DNA of 64,000 nt from Candidatus Adlerbacteria bacterium (GTDB lineage Bacteria > Patescibacteriota > Minisyncoccia > Phycocordibacterales > SBAW01): assembly GCA_903851045.1 (NCBI GenBank), contig CAINNF010000023.1, positions 202-64,201 of the forward strand. Direction: 5' to 3'. Below the pieces are notes generated by a model. It did no database searches. It was not told the origin of the DNA and saw only the letters and a list, made by a program, of their open reading frames with translations. The position numbers were made by a program, and so were the translations under genes. Numbering within the stretch: the first letter of the stretch is position 1; each line of letters starts with the position of its first letter. Positions 1 to 9,001 of this stretch are shown here, piece by piece.

Positions 1-383
1 AGATCGAGACTTCGCTCGGCCAGATCGACTTCGGTAACTTCGAGTCTCAAGTCGACGACTTGCAGACCAATGCCGCTGACCTCGCGACGGATGTCGAAGC
101 TATCACGGCCAAACTCCCGAAGTTGGTCGCACTCAAGGCACGGTTGGAGGATATCAAAAAGAAGCTCGAGCTCGTCGGCCCGGATGATGATGATGATATC
201 GACACGTCCATCAGGTCAATCATCGACCTCCAGGCCGAGATCGGCAACACCATCGACGATATGGCCGACCCCGACGATATTGTCACGAACCAAGCTAAGC
301 TCAAGACTCAGCTGACCCAGCTCCGCACAAGTCTCGACGCTCTCGCGACGCTACGCGACGCGCTGCGAACCATCGAGGTCTAA
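1..383 (+). CDS. hypothetical coiled-coil protein, C-terminal fragment (5' end outside window)
   Basis: Frame 3 is open from the window edge (IETSLGQIDF...) to the stop at 383. Acidic, Leu/Ile-rich heptad-like repeats. A hairpin terminator follows. Confidence 0.35.
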   Translation, partial: IETSLGQIDFGNFESQVDDLQTNAADLATDVEAITAKLPKLVALKARLEDIKKKLELVGPDDDDDIDTSIRSIIDLQAEIGNTIDDMADPDDIVTNQAKLKTQLTQLRTSLDALATLRDALRTIEV

Positions 384-402
384 GCCACCGCCCCACCCAA
401 CT

Positions 403-435
403 CCCGCACCCCACAAGGGTGCGGGCTTTCTTCTG
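403..435 (+). terminator. rho-independent terminator
   Basis: Stem cccgcacc / ggtgcggg with loop ccacaa, followed by CTTTCTTCT. Sits right after the stop at 383. Confidence 0.5.
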
Positions 436-581
436 ATGAACCGAGGATATATAACTTCGCGGATTCGAACGTCGACCCATCGACAAGAGCATGGGCGCGG
501 ACGCCCGATGGATGCGAACACCCTCTTACCGTTCATGCGCACGATTGTCGAAGCCTTGCAACGACTCCCCTAACGCTCGAA

Positions 582-616
582 CCCGTCTCGCGGCACGCCG
601 CGAGACGGGTTTTCAT
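582..616 (+). terminator. rho-independent terminator (ends a short non-coding plus-strand transcript?)
   Basis: 12-bp GC stem cccgtctcgcgg / ccgcgagacggg with 4-nt loop, followed by TTTTCAT. No CDS lies upstream on the plus strand between 436 and 581. Confidence 0.55.
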
Positions 617-705
617 ATGTCAGGTCCGCATGAGCGCAGGCGCTTCCCTTTTTGATCCTTTTGTGACATATTTCCCGGCAGGCTCTTTGACCTGTCCTTA
701 GCGAG

Positions 706-1224
706 GTGCTGGCTATGCTGCCGAATATCACGGATATCGAAACGGCTTTCTTCTTGGCGATGGCGAACGGATATGCCCAGAGCGTCCCCAAACAGCGGGT
801 CCCTGGACTTCCTGGCTCTAAAACCATCACCTTTGTGTGGGGCGACTATACGGTCGTCGACCTGTGGTTTACGACACCGCACTCCAACGACAGTTTCGGC
901 ACAACCATCATCTACTTCAAGGGAGACGCTGTGTGGATGATGTCCTATGATGGTCAGTACCCGCAGGAGGTGATCCTCTTCCTCAAGTACGCACTGCATA
1001 TCGCGTACGTCGAACAACAGCGATTCAATGGCGGTCGCGGACCCGCTTTCGTAGTAAGTACCGACGGCGGACGCATCTACATCAACGAAGTGCAGCCAGA
1101 CTCATCCTTTCGACAGTTCGCTGGTGGCGAGCGTATCGAGAATGTGAGCGGGAGGAGGATTGGCTACCACAACTATCACGGCAGATTGCTGATAGACCTC
1201 CCATCTGAAAGGACGACCACATGA
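706..1224 (+). CDS. hypothetical protein (true start probably ATG at 715, 6 nt after AGGTG)
   Basis: 172-aa ORF with non-repetitive composition. AGGTG Shine-Dalgarno lies upstream of the ATG at 715. Translationally coupled to the next ORF through an ATGA overlap. Confidence 0.5.
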   Translation: MLAMLPNITDIETAFFLAMANGYAQSVPKQRVPGLPGSKTITFVWGDYTVVDLWFTTPHSNDSFGTTIIYFKGDAVWMMSYDGQYPQEVILFLKYALHIAYVEQQRFNGGRGPAFVVSTDGGRIYINEVQPDSSFRQFAGGERIENVSGRRIGYHNYHGRLLIDLPSERTTT

Positions 1225-1466
1225 CCGGCATCGCGGAAGATACGAGCGCCACCTTTAAGCTCATCGACGATGCCGCTGAACTGCTCGCCCCCGAACACGA
1301 ACTGCTCAAACTTCTCATGGAGGCGGGCATCGACGACGAGGGGTACTGTGCATTCAAACAGCGCTTCGGCGGAGAGAAGGGGCAAGGAACCGACTCCTAT
1401 AGCGTCGGGCATCTTTACGTTAACTACCTGCTCGAACTTCGTGCGGCGATCGCCGCGCTTGAGTGA
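1221..1466 (+). CDS. hypothetical small protein
   Basis: 81-aa ORF whose ATG overlaps the stop of the upstream gene (ATGA). A strong terminator follows 19 nt downstream. Confidence 0.4.
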   Translation: MTGIAEDTSATFKLIDDAAELLAPEHELLKLLMEAGIDDEGYCAFKQRFGGEKGQGTDSYSVGHLYVNYLLELRAAIAALE

Positions 1467-1484
1467 CACGGTTCCCTGACCACA

Positions 1485-1511
1485 GCCCCGACTTCGGTCG
1501 GGGCTTTTTTG
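1485..1511 (+). terminator. rho-independent terminator (possibly bidirectional for the convergent gene pair)
   Basis: gccccgac-TTCG-gtcggggc followed by TTTTTTG. Lies between the convergent genes 1221..1466(+) and 1516..2286(-). Confidence 0.7.
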
Positions 1512-1515
1512 TATA

Positions 1516-2286
1516 TCATTTGCTCGCGGGCACTTCGCTCAATTCCCACAGTACGTTGAATTGCATCTGGAGCGTCGAGCTGATGTCGGCCGAGTTGATG
1601 AGTACCGCCTGCATCTCGCGTACGGACGAGATGAACAACGCACGCGTGTCGAAGAGGATCAGTACCGCATGGAACGGCAGCATATGCACCTTGGGTATGA
1701 ATCTTGGTTGTCGCTCTTTGATCACATCACGACTGACACGCACATTCTCCGACGTCTTCTCCCACAGGGACCGTGAGGTGATACGACGGTCCTTTCGCTC
1801 TTTCAAGTAGTACGCCGCGTACGCTTCGTCGATGTCCGAAAAGAAGTTCTTCTTGGGGGCCAATATGTCCCAGTGCGTGCTCTTGGTACGAAAGGCGATC
1901 TCCAGCGCCATACGGATACCCGCGAGTCCCGAAAAATACTGCACATCAGGCATGCGTTCAGCTGCCTTTGGGGCCGGGAGCTTGGCGCACACTTCGAGCA
2001 ATCGCTCCTTACGCTCCTTATACTGCGCCTCCTCGAAGTTAAAGAGCGCTCTTAACCCCTCCTCTCTCGCCATGGTGACGACGAGTCGCCCGTTCTCCAT
2101 ACGTTTGTGGGCGAGACCCCGTTGCTCCAACACATGCAGGTGGTGATAGGTGGTGGCCCGGTTCATACCGAGCAGGCGACTCAACGTTGCGACAGTACAT
2201 GCACCCTGCCGTAGTCCGGCCTCATACACTGCGGCTTCGGTCGCGGAAAATCCAAAGGAGGTGAGCGCTGCGGTGATATGGGTCAT
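1516..2286 (-). CDS. TrmB-family transcriptional regulator
   Basis: N-terminal winged HTH (LSRLLGMNRATTYHHLHVLEQRGL). C-terminal TrmB-like effector region. Divergent from the aldolase-like gene. Confidence 0.65.
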   Translation of the reverse strand: MTHITAALTSFGFSATEAAVYEAGLRQGACTVATLSRLLGMNRATTYHHLHVLEQRGLAHKRMENGRLVVTMAREEGLRALFNFEEAQYKERKERLLEVCAKLPAPKAAERMPDVQYFSGLAGIRMALEIAFRTKSTHWDILAPKKNFFSDIDEAYAAYYLKERKDRRITSRSLWEKTSENVRVSRDVIKERQPRFIPKVHMLPFHAVLILFDTRALFISSVREMQAVLINSADISSTLQMQFNVLWELSEVPASK

Positions 2287-2378
2287 ATGTGTTTATAAAT
2301 TATAATAAACATATCTGGCACTTCGGCGCAAGTGCCGTATGCTGACGACAGTTCGATCTTTACATGTTGGAGGACGAC

Positions 2379-3482
2379 ATGCGTGACGCTACCCCTCGAC
2401 CCATCACCGTCGTGATCGTTGGCGGAGACTGGGACACCACTGGCGGGAGAGCCTCGTCATACGTGACACAGTTCGCCGATGCTCTGCGCGACTCAGGTGC
2501 CGTCGTCGCGCTCTACAACGGCGGCACTATCGAACACCTTTCCGGATACATCCTTGAAAAGGGAGTTGCGGGATACCAGGCGATCGTCTGGATCCCGAAC
2601 GTTCCGAACGAGTTCCCCAAGCATCGCCAAGTTAAGCTCGTGCACCCGCATGCACTGCTCGTCGTCGCGAAGCGCAACCAGGACGAATACACCCTGCACG
2701 AGTTGCTCAACCGCGCGTTGGGACTGCATGCGAACCTGTGTATCGACTTCAGGCGAGCACAGGGGCGAATCAGTGCACGACTGCTGGACGTTATGGGAGT
2801 CATCTGGCAAGACCACACGACAGATATCAAACAAATGGCTTCGATGCTTGCGGGACGTTTGGAAGCGCTGCGCGCCGTTACTCGCCAAGGAACCCGACAG
2901 GTGTCGACAACCCCGCTCACCGTCCCCGACCAGCCGACCTTCTTCGACATCGTGCGGCGCTACGCCGGAGTCTTCCACGAACTCATCGTACCGGAGCCGT
3001 CGGTCACTCGTTTCCTCGGGAACGCATCCTTCAGGTGCGAGCGCGGTTTCCCGTCATTTCGAGACGAGACCAATACCGTCTTCGTCTCACGGCGCAACGT
3101 CGACAAGCGCTACATCGACGCTTCGGCCTTCGTCGCGGTCCAACAAGCGGATGATGCGGTGCTCTACTGGGGAGAACACAAACCCTCCGTGGACGCACCC
3201 GTGCAACTGCGACTCTATGATGCGTTGCCGAACATACGCTTCATGCTGCACGCCCACGTCTATCTCGCGGACGCACCGACCACGACGCACGTGCTACCCT
3301 GCGGCGCGCTCGAAGAGGTGGCGGCGGTACTCGCAACGATCCCCGACCGCTCGACGACCAACGTGCACGTCAACCTGCCTGGGCACGGCTGTCTGATCAT
3401 GACCAGCGACCCGACCCAACTCCACGACCTGCCGTTCATCGCACGCGTGCTACCTGAACACCTCACCGTGATGCCCCACTAG
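2379..3482 (+). CDS. two-domain protein with C-terminal class II aldolase/adducin-like domain
   Basis: GGAGGA lies 6 nt before the ATG at 2379 (the 2364 start is an ORF-track artefact). C-terminal motifs KPSVDA, IRFMLHAHVYLA and NLPGHGCLIM resemble FucA PSSE/HNHAVH/HHG. The N-terminal ~200 aa are unassigned. Confidence 0.5.
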   Translation: MRDATPRPITVVIVGGDWDTTGGRASSYVTQFADALRDSGAVVALYNGGTIEHLSGYILEKGVAGYQAIVWIPNVPNEFPKHRQVKLVHPHALLVVAKRNQDEYTLHELLNRALGLHANLCIDFRRAQGRISARLLDVMGVIWQDHTTDIKQMASMLAGRLEALRAVTRQGTRQVSTTPLTVPDQPTFFDIVRRYAGVFHELIVPEPSVTRFLGNASFRCERGFPSFRDETNTVFVSRRNVDKRYIDASAFVAVQQADDAVLYWGEHKPSVDAPVQLRLYDALPNIRFMLHAHVYLADAPTTTHVLPCGALEEVAAVLATIPDRSTTNVHVNLPGHGCLIMTSDPTQLHDLPFIARVLPEHLTVMPH

Positions 3483-3490
3483 CTCACTCA

Positions 3491-3515
3491 CCGCCCAGCA
3501 AAAAATGCTGGGCGG
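3491..3515. terminator. GC-rich hairpin between convergent genes (putative terminator)
   Basis: ccgcccagc-aaaaaat-gctgggcgg: a 9-bp stem between 2379..3482(+) and 3560..4306(-). The flanks are only weakly U-rich. Confidence 0.35.
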
Positions 3516-3559
3516 TCCTTGTCGTGGTCGGTCACCATGACAGTGCCGTAGACTCCCTC

Positions 3560-4306
3560 CTATCGTCGTCGGCCGAAGATGCGCAGGAGATCGAGAAACA
3601 AGTTGACGAAGTCGAGGTACAGCGTGAGCGCCCCGTTAATTGCCTCTTTCTTCTCTCCATCGGAGCCTTCGGTGCGGCCTTGTTCGTACAACCACTTCAA
3701 CTTTTGCGTATCGTACGCAGTAAGCGCGACGAACACCACGACACCCACACACGCGAGGACCAGACCTGCGGTATCGTTCATAAAAAAGAGATTGATGAGC
3801 ATCGCGACCACCAGACCAAGGAGCGCCATACCTGCGAGATGTCCCACCGTCGTCAGGTCCCGCTTCGTCACAAACCCATACAGACTCATCGCACCGAACA
3901 TCCCGGCGGTCAACAAGAACACCTCCCCTATCGAGCCGATCGTGAACACGAAGAATATGACCGAGAGCGTCAGACCATTCAGTGAAGCATACAGCAGGAA
4001 CACGATCGAAGAGAGAGTGCTGGATATCTGATGCACCATACGCGAAAGAAATATGACCGCGACCAGTTCGACGAGAAGGAGCGCGTAGAAAACGAGACGA
4101 TCCCCTAGGACGAGCGTCGCGACCGCAGGTGTCGCGGCAACCCAGCCTGCGACGATAGCACTTACCACCAACCCGGCACACATCCACCCATACACCTGAC
4201 GAATAAAGGTCGCCTGTTCGGGGGTCGAGAACGACCCAAGCGCGAGCATACCCCAACTTGGTTTCAAAGGGGGTACCGAAGTGCCTAGCTGTGTTTGATC
4301 TGTCAT
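3560..4306 (-). CDS. Bax inhibitor-1 / YccA family membrane protein
   Basis: 248 aa with seven predicted TM helices. Typical BI-1 architecture and a charged C-terminus. Confidence 0.8.
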   Translation of the reverse strand: MTDQTQLGTSVPPLKPSWGMLALGSFSTPEQATFIRQVYGWMCAGLVVSAIVAGWVAATPAVATLVLGDRLVFYALLLVELVAVIFLSRMVHQISSTLSSIVFLLYASLNGLTLSVIFFVFTIGSIGEVFLLTAGMFGAMSLYGFVTKRDLTTVGHLAGMALLGLVVAMLINLFFMNDTAGLVLACVGVVVFVALTAYDTQKLKWLYEQGRTEGSDGEKKEAINGALTLYLDFVNLFLDLLRIFGRRR

Positions 4307-4474
4307 ACGTCAAGTGTATACAACCAAGTGCACGGCGACAATGTCTCTGCGCACATTCGACCGGTGAACGTGAGCACATTACCCACTCATGAAGGTTGAC
4401 GAAATGAGGCATCTATCCTACTATGCGACAGGCGCGGGTATCCTCCTTGCGTCAGGTGCTAGTAGGGACATCAC

Positions 4475-4675
4475 ATGGCTTACGGTTCCGAGGATTCGAA
4501 GTTCAGGTTCGCGGGAGAAGGTGGTGAAGTTCATCACTTGCCCACGATCGCAGCCGAGAGGTTGGCACGGGAAGCGACACGCGCGAGATTGCGAGCAGCC
4601 GCAGAAGCGAGAGACGCATCGTGCCACCCCAATGGAGTGGTCCTCTCCGACATTGATCGGGCGGCGGAGCAGTAA
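4475..4675 (+). CDS. hypothetical small protein (66 aa)
   Basis: ATG preceded by TAGGGAC. A hairpin plus T-run lies downstream at 4744..4779. Sits in a GC-rich alternative-frame region, so it may be spurious. Confidence 0.2.
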   Translation: MAYGSEDSKFRFAGEGGEVHHLPTIAAERLAREATRARLRAAAEARDASCHPNGVVLSDIDRAAEQ

Positions 4676-4743
4676 CCTCGAACATGCGACATAGCTACTG
4701 ACGTGCCTTAGCCTAGGATAAGGGATGAAATGTTCGTTGGGGA

Positions 4744-4779
4744 CGGCTTACCAAGCAAGTAAGCCGCCTCATTTTTTTA
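4744..4779 (+). terminator. rho-independent terminator
   Basis: Stem cggcttac / gtaagccg with loop caagcaa, followed by cctcaTTTTTTT. Confidence 0.45.
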
Positions 4780-4868
4780 TATCGCAGCGATCCCAATAGC
4801 TCTATCGTTTTTTCTTACGTTTGTCCGCTTATATAAAATAAAGATGCGCAACATGGTAGGATGTTCCT

Positions 4869-5192
4869 ATGTGGCCATTCACCTCCGTCCCGACCATAGC
4901 GGCAGCAGATGCCGCGACCAAGGTCAAAGATACGACGATCGGTTTTATCGACGTACGCTCACCCGCCGAATATAAAGGTGGTCACGCGACAGGAGCGGTC
5001 AATCTCCCACTTGGCGAGATCAACCCGGCACAGATAGAGAAGCTACAACGGTTCGCCGAGGTATATGTGATCTGTCAGTCAGGCGGACGCAGCGCGACCG
5101 CAACCTCTACACTGGTAGCCGCAGGCATCAAAGCCTTCAGCATCACCGGCGGCACCTCCACCTGGCGAACACTTGGACTGCCTATGGCGTAG
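4869..5192 (+). CDS. single-domain rhodanese-like sulfurtransferase
   Basis: 107 aa. Active-site loop CQSGGRS (CxxGxR). Also RSPAEY. Confidence 0.8.
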   Translation: MWPFTSVPTIAAADAATKVKDTTIGFIDVRSPAEYKGGHATGAVNLPLGEINPAQIEKLQRFAEVYVICQSGGRSATATSTLVAAGIKAFSITGGTSTWRTLGLPMA

Positions 5193-5281
5193 GCAAGAGG
5201 GATACAGCACACCACCGTCCAGTGGCCATCACAACAAGCGCCACGGTTTTGCTATAAAAAGATTTGGGGTAGAATCCCGAC

Positions 5282-6019
5282 ATGCTGGTCTACATTGACG
5301 AAACGGGCGACCACAACCTCAACAAGATCGACCCGACGTATCCTCTTTTCGGGCTGGGTGCACTCATGATTTCTGAGGAGGAGTACCAGCGCATGGACGC
5401 TGAAATCTGTGCGATCAAAAAGGAGTTCTTTAACGACGATGGGGCTTTTATCCTCCACTCCTCCGAACTCAAGCGGCCGATCCACGCGAGAAGCGACTCA
5501 AGGAATATAATCATGTCCGACCCTGACACTCGTCGTCGATTTTTCGAAGCGTTCGACACGAGAGTAGTGAGCGCGTTCGACTTTACCATCATCGCCTGTT
5601 TTATCAGAAAACAAGATTTGGTCGAAACTTACGTCCTACCAACCGACTCATATTTCTTTTCGTTCGAAAATATCCTTAACAGGGTCATCAGGTGCGGCAA
5701 CACAACCAACTCGATATATGCAGAACGCCGCGGCGCAGAATTGGATCCGGAATTACTCTCCGAATACGACCGGTTTTGTAAGACTGGCATACGATTCTAC
5801 ACCACTGACGAAGTCATAGCCCGGACGACGTTCAAGCTCGTCAACAAGAAAGAGAACATAAACGGTCTGCAGGTCATCGACCTCCTATTGTCATGCCTCG
5901 CGAGGCACTATCTCGGCAAGACCGAAAAGATGCTCCACAACGACCTTACCCCCGAGCTGGTTATAACAAAATACGCCTGTACCCCAACCTTTTTCCCATA
6001 TAAGAAAAAACCTAGGTAG
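5282..6019 (+). CDS. DUF3800-family protein
   Basis: N-terminal MLVYIDETGD matches the DUF3800 xYIDESG signature. 245 aa. The 3' half is lower in GC. Confidence 0.65.
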   Translation: MLVYIDETGDHNLNKIDPTYPLFGLGALMISEEEYQRMDAEICAIKKEFFNDDGAFILHSSELKRPIHARSDSRNIIMSDPDTRRRFFEAFDTRVVSAFDFTIIACFIRKQDLVETYVLPTDSYFFSFENILNRVIRCGNTTNSIYAERRGAELDPELLSEYDRFCKTGIRFYTTDEVIARTTFKLVNKKENINGLQVIDLLLSCLARHYLGKTEKMLHNDLTPELVITKYACTPTFFPYKKKPR

Positions 6020-6169
6020 GGGCAAGGGGGCCCCCCGCATTCGCAGTGAACCCCCTCTGCCTTAGCCAGCAGTATACTTTTTTTATCTGTTTTGTAAATG
6101 AACCCTGTCCCCCACTCCTACAAAACTCTTGCGCTATATATTGGGTAAGTATGCATAGGCGGACACGGA

Positions 6170-6838
6170 TTACTTGAATCGGATTATGTCTTGAAATACA
6201 ACAATTGGCCTAGTCTTATCAATCCAATCATTTAGATCTATTACTTTTTCGTACAAAATTCCGTCTTTGTTGACAATAGTCACGCTAGAAATGTCGTAAC
6301 CTTGATCCTCCTCCGTTGGAGAACCCAAAAACCATACTCCGGTGGAAAGATTTTTTGATTGTAGGTAATCAATTAAAGATTTTATGTCATTACCGTCAAT
6401 TTTTCTGTAGGTTGATACAGCAATGCTGTAGGCCTCTAATTTAGGGAGTACGTTTTTTTGCAAAAATTTATCAAAAGTGGACGACCAATTCGTATATTCT
6501 TTAATGTCGAACGGATATGCCCCCATCTTTTCATTTGTTTCTCCAGGTAACCTATATGCGATATAGACGTCATTGTCCGGATTAGTTGGAAACACAAGAT
6601 AGTGTGGATAATTAAAATAATCTTGCAGCGCAACCGCTACAAACATTGCGAAATAACCCTCACGTAAACGCTGATATTTTCGATCTCTGAAAAAAAGATT
6701 TTTATCGGAAGATTTCTCATACTCTTGCAAAGAAATCATGTAAACAGACTCAATTGGCAACAATCTATCTAATGGATAAATCTCTGAAGTGGTCTCAGAA
6801 ATTCTCTTCAAGAAAAAATTGTTGTCCATATTCATCAT
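6170..6838 (-). CDS. hypothetical protein, AT-rich (likely horizontally acquired)
   Basis: Start placed at MMNMDNNFF (ATG 6838), because the 6170..7048 ORF otherwise runs into the ABC-F gene. GC is roughly 35% against about 58% for the flanks. No family recognised. Confidence 0.55.
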   Translation of the reverse strand: MMNMDNNFFLKRISETTSEIYPLDRLLPIESVYMISLQEYEKSSDKNLFFRDRKYQRLREGYFAMFVAVALQDYFNYPHYLVFPTNPDNDVYIAYRLPGETNEKMGAYPFDIKEYTNWSSTFDKFLQKNVLPKLEAYSIAVSTYRKIDGNDIKSLIDYLQSKNLSTGVWFLGSPTEEDQGYDISSVTIVNKDGILYEKVIDLNDWIDKTRPIVVFQDIIRFK

Positions 6839-6845
6839 ATTTGTC

Positions 6846-8270
6846 TCAACGAGGCTGGCGCAACTCCCTTTTCTCCATTCGGTAGAGCTCATCGAGGTGG
6901 GTGTTCTTGATGAGTGCGCGGTCGTGGGAGACGAGGACGACGGTGCCGGTGTAAGACTGGAGGAGTTCTTCGAGCGCGTGGAGGGCATCGAGGTCGAGGT
7001 TATTGGTCGGCTCGTCGAGGACGAGAACGTTGACCGAGCGTGCCGCATAGAGCGCGAGGAGGAGTCGCGCGCGCAGGCCGGGACTCAGGTGATGGATTGG
7101 CTGTGCGCAGAGGCGATATGAGATGCCGAATTTTTTGAGCAGATTGACCGCGAGCGCATCTTTGAGACCCGACTCCGACGCAAGCAGCTCGAGTACCGTG
7201 TCATCTTGTGGGAGCGACTCATACTCTTGGAGCAGGTTGCCGACGCGGCAGTGCGAGCCGCGCGTGACTTCGCCCGAGTCGGGCACAAGTAGGCCAGTGA
7301 GGAGCTTCAGCAGGGTCGACTTGCCCGAGCCGTTCTTGCCGATGATGCCGATGCGCTGGCCGTACGGCACACGCAGCGTGCACGGGCCAACTCCTGCGCT
7401 ACCCGCCGTGCCATCTGCGTTTTTGTATCGATACACCACGTCCACAAGCTCGATACCGAGTGTGCCGCCATCCGCTTTAGGGTCAAGCAGGATAGTCATC
7501 GGCTCACGCTGTGTGGGGCGTTCAAGCTGCTCGATCGCCGCGAGCCGCGAGTTCGTCGCCTTGACCTGCATGGCCGAGCCGCGGGCGCGATCGCGAAAAA
7601 ATCCCTTGGTCAGTTTGTCCTTATCGTTCGGCTCGAACGTGTCGCCGCGCGCCGCATCATCCTTCTTTCGTCGCACCAATTCGGTCAGACGCTCGACCTC
7701 TTCCTGCTGTTCATCATATGTCTTAATATGATACTCGCGCCGTCGTTCCATCTCTGCCAAGTATGCCGAGTAAGTCGCGTTCATCGACTCCAGCGTGCGC
7801 TCTTGTTCATCGAGCGTCCATATCTTGTTCGCGACCGAGTCCAAGAACGCGCGGTCGTGCGACACGAAGACGAACGCCGCATTCGAACTTTTGATCTTGC
7901 GCTCCAGCCATGCGAGTGCGTCTGCGTCGAGGTTATTGGTCGGCTCGTCCAGCAGATACACCTCCGCCTCTTGAGCAAGCGCAGTTTCGAGCATCGTGCG
8001 CCGTGATTCGCCCACACTGTACCGCTCGCTCCCCTCGCGGGAGACGTCGCGCTCCTGCGGCACGAACGACACTCGTACGTTCTTTACATACCGCACCTCG
8101 CCACCGTCAGGCGCGAGCTCTCGGGCGATGATCTGCAAAAAGGTCGACTTCCCCACACCATTCGGCCCGATGAGCGCGATGCGGTCACCTCTCTCGATCG
8201 TGCATGAAATGTCGGAAAGGATCTGGTGCGTCCCGAACGACTTGGATATATGGTTGAGCGACACGAGCAT
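6846..8270 (-). CDS. ABC-F family ATPase (EttA-like translation factor)
   Basis: Two ABC cassettes. Walker A GPNGVGKST and GKNGSGKST. Signatures LSPGLRARLLLA and LSVGESRRTM. No TM domain. Confidence 0.85.
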   Translation of the reverse strand: MLVSLNHISKSFGTHQILSDISCTIERGDRIALIGPNGVGKSTFLQIIARELAPDGGEVRYVKNVRVSFVPQERDVSREGSERYSVGESRRTMLETALAQEAEVYLLDEPTNNLDADALAWLERKIKSSNAAFVFVSHDRAFLDSVANKIWTLDEQERTLESMNATYSAYLAEMERRREYHIKTYDEQQEEVERLTELVRRKKDDAARGDTFEPNDKDKLTKGFFRDRARGSAMQVKATNSRLAAIEQLERPTQREPMTILLDPKADGGTLGIELVDVVYRYKNADGTAGSAGVGPCTLRVPYGQRIGIIGKNGSGKSTLLKLLTGLLVPDSGEVTRGSHCRVGNLLQEYESLPQDDTVLELLASESGLKDALAVNLLKKFGISYRLCAQPIHHLSPGLRARLLLALYAARSVNVLVLDEPTNNLDLDALHALEELLQSYTGTVVLVSHDRALIKNTHLDELYRMEKRELRQPR

Positions 8271-8310
8271 GCACGTAGTATATACAAACCAGCCAGAGAG
8301 ACCTTACGTG

Positions 8311-8382
8311 TTGCGGGGGCCGGAATTGCACCGACGACCTTCAGGTTATGAGCCTGACGAGCTACTTCTGCTCCACCCCGCT
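8311..8382 (-). tRNA. initiator tRNA-fMet (CAT)
   Basis: Reverse complement reads AGCGGGGTGGAGCAGAAGTAGCTCGTCAGGCTCATAACCTGAAGGTCGTCGGTGCAATTCCGGCCCCCGCAA. Near-identical to E. coli tRNA-fMet. The 1:72 pair is unpaired (A x A). Anticodon CAT. CCA is not encoded. Confidence 0.85.
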
Positions 8383-8415
8383 ATCCTGAGCCTGCGCTCT
8401 GATAACGCTATTGTA

Positions 8416-8991
8416 TCAAATATAGTCAAATTCTTCAAATACCCGCTGATATTGGTTGATCGTGGCGGTCGCATCTCGCTGCGAAAGGGGGAACGCGTCG
8501 CCAAGGTGGGCGATGGCATTGCGCATGCGGTGGGCCTCCCAGGCGAGGTCGAGCGTGGTGAACTGGAGCGGGTTCGCCTGCTTGAGTTGCTCACCCAGCG
8601 TCTCGCCTGGATACCCACGCTCCGACAGGAGCGAGGCAAGCATGATGTCGGCCTCCAATATCGCTCGCCGCCAATCACTTTCGCTGGACGAGGACGCAAG
8701 CCCCGACACCATCTCCCAACGCAGGTTCTTCGCGGCATGCACATCCTGCTGCCGCTTCGCGCGCTCGCGCTCTTCGATCACCAGGAACCCGTGATGCTCG
8801 ACCTGGATCAGTCGTATGCGCACGTACATGAGCATCACCAGCAACACCACCGCAAGTACCATGCCGATGGTCGCGACCGTTTCGACGAGAAAGATGAACG
8901 TACTGGGTAGTGCCTGCACGTCGACAGGGACGCTCGTGAGCGCCTGGAACATCTTCGCAAATATGTACTCGAGATTTAAGCTGGGGAGCAT
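8416..8991 (-). CDS. membrane-anchored hypothetical protein with HEPN-like R-N-x3-H motif
   Basis: 191 aa. One N-terminal TM helix. C-terminal helical domain containing HRMRNAIAH, which fits the HEPN Rx4-6H motif. Confidence 0.45.
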   Translation of the reverse strand: MLPSLNLEYIFAKMFQALTSVPVDVQALPSTFIFLVETVATIGMVLAVVLLVMLMYVRIRLIQVEHHGFLVIEERERAKRQQDVHAAKNLRWEMVSGLASSSSESDWRRAILEADIMLASLLSERGYPGETLGEQLKQANPLQFTTLDLAWEAHRMRNAIAHLGDAFPLSQRDATATINQYQRVFEEFDYI

Positions 8992-9001
8992 CCCCTCTAT
9001 T

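Noticed and set aside
436-470. tRNA-like T-loop (gcggattcgaacgtcgaccc)
   Set aside because: The flanking sequence does not form a T stem or acceptor stem, so this is not a tRNA.
2479-3396. 305-aa Ser/Arg/Thr-rich ORF and other long alternative-frame or antisense ORFs (for example 3636..4412, 7996..8910, 24101..24943, 38225..39943, 57837..59090, 61525..62586)
   Set aside because: These are typical high-GC shadow ORFs overlapping strongly supported genes. They have low-complexity Arg/Ser/Pro-rich composition.
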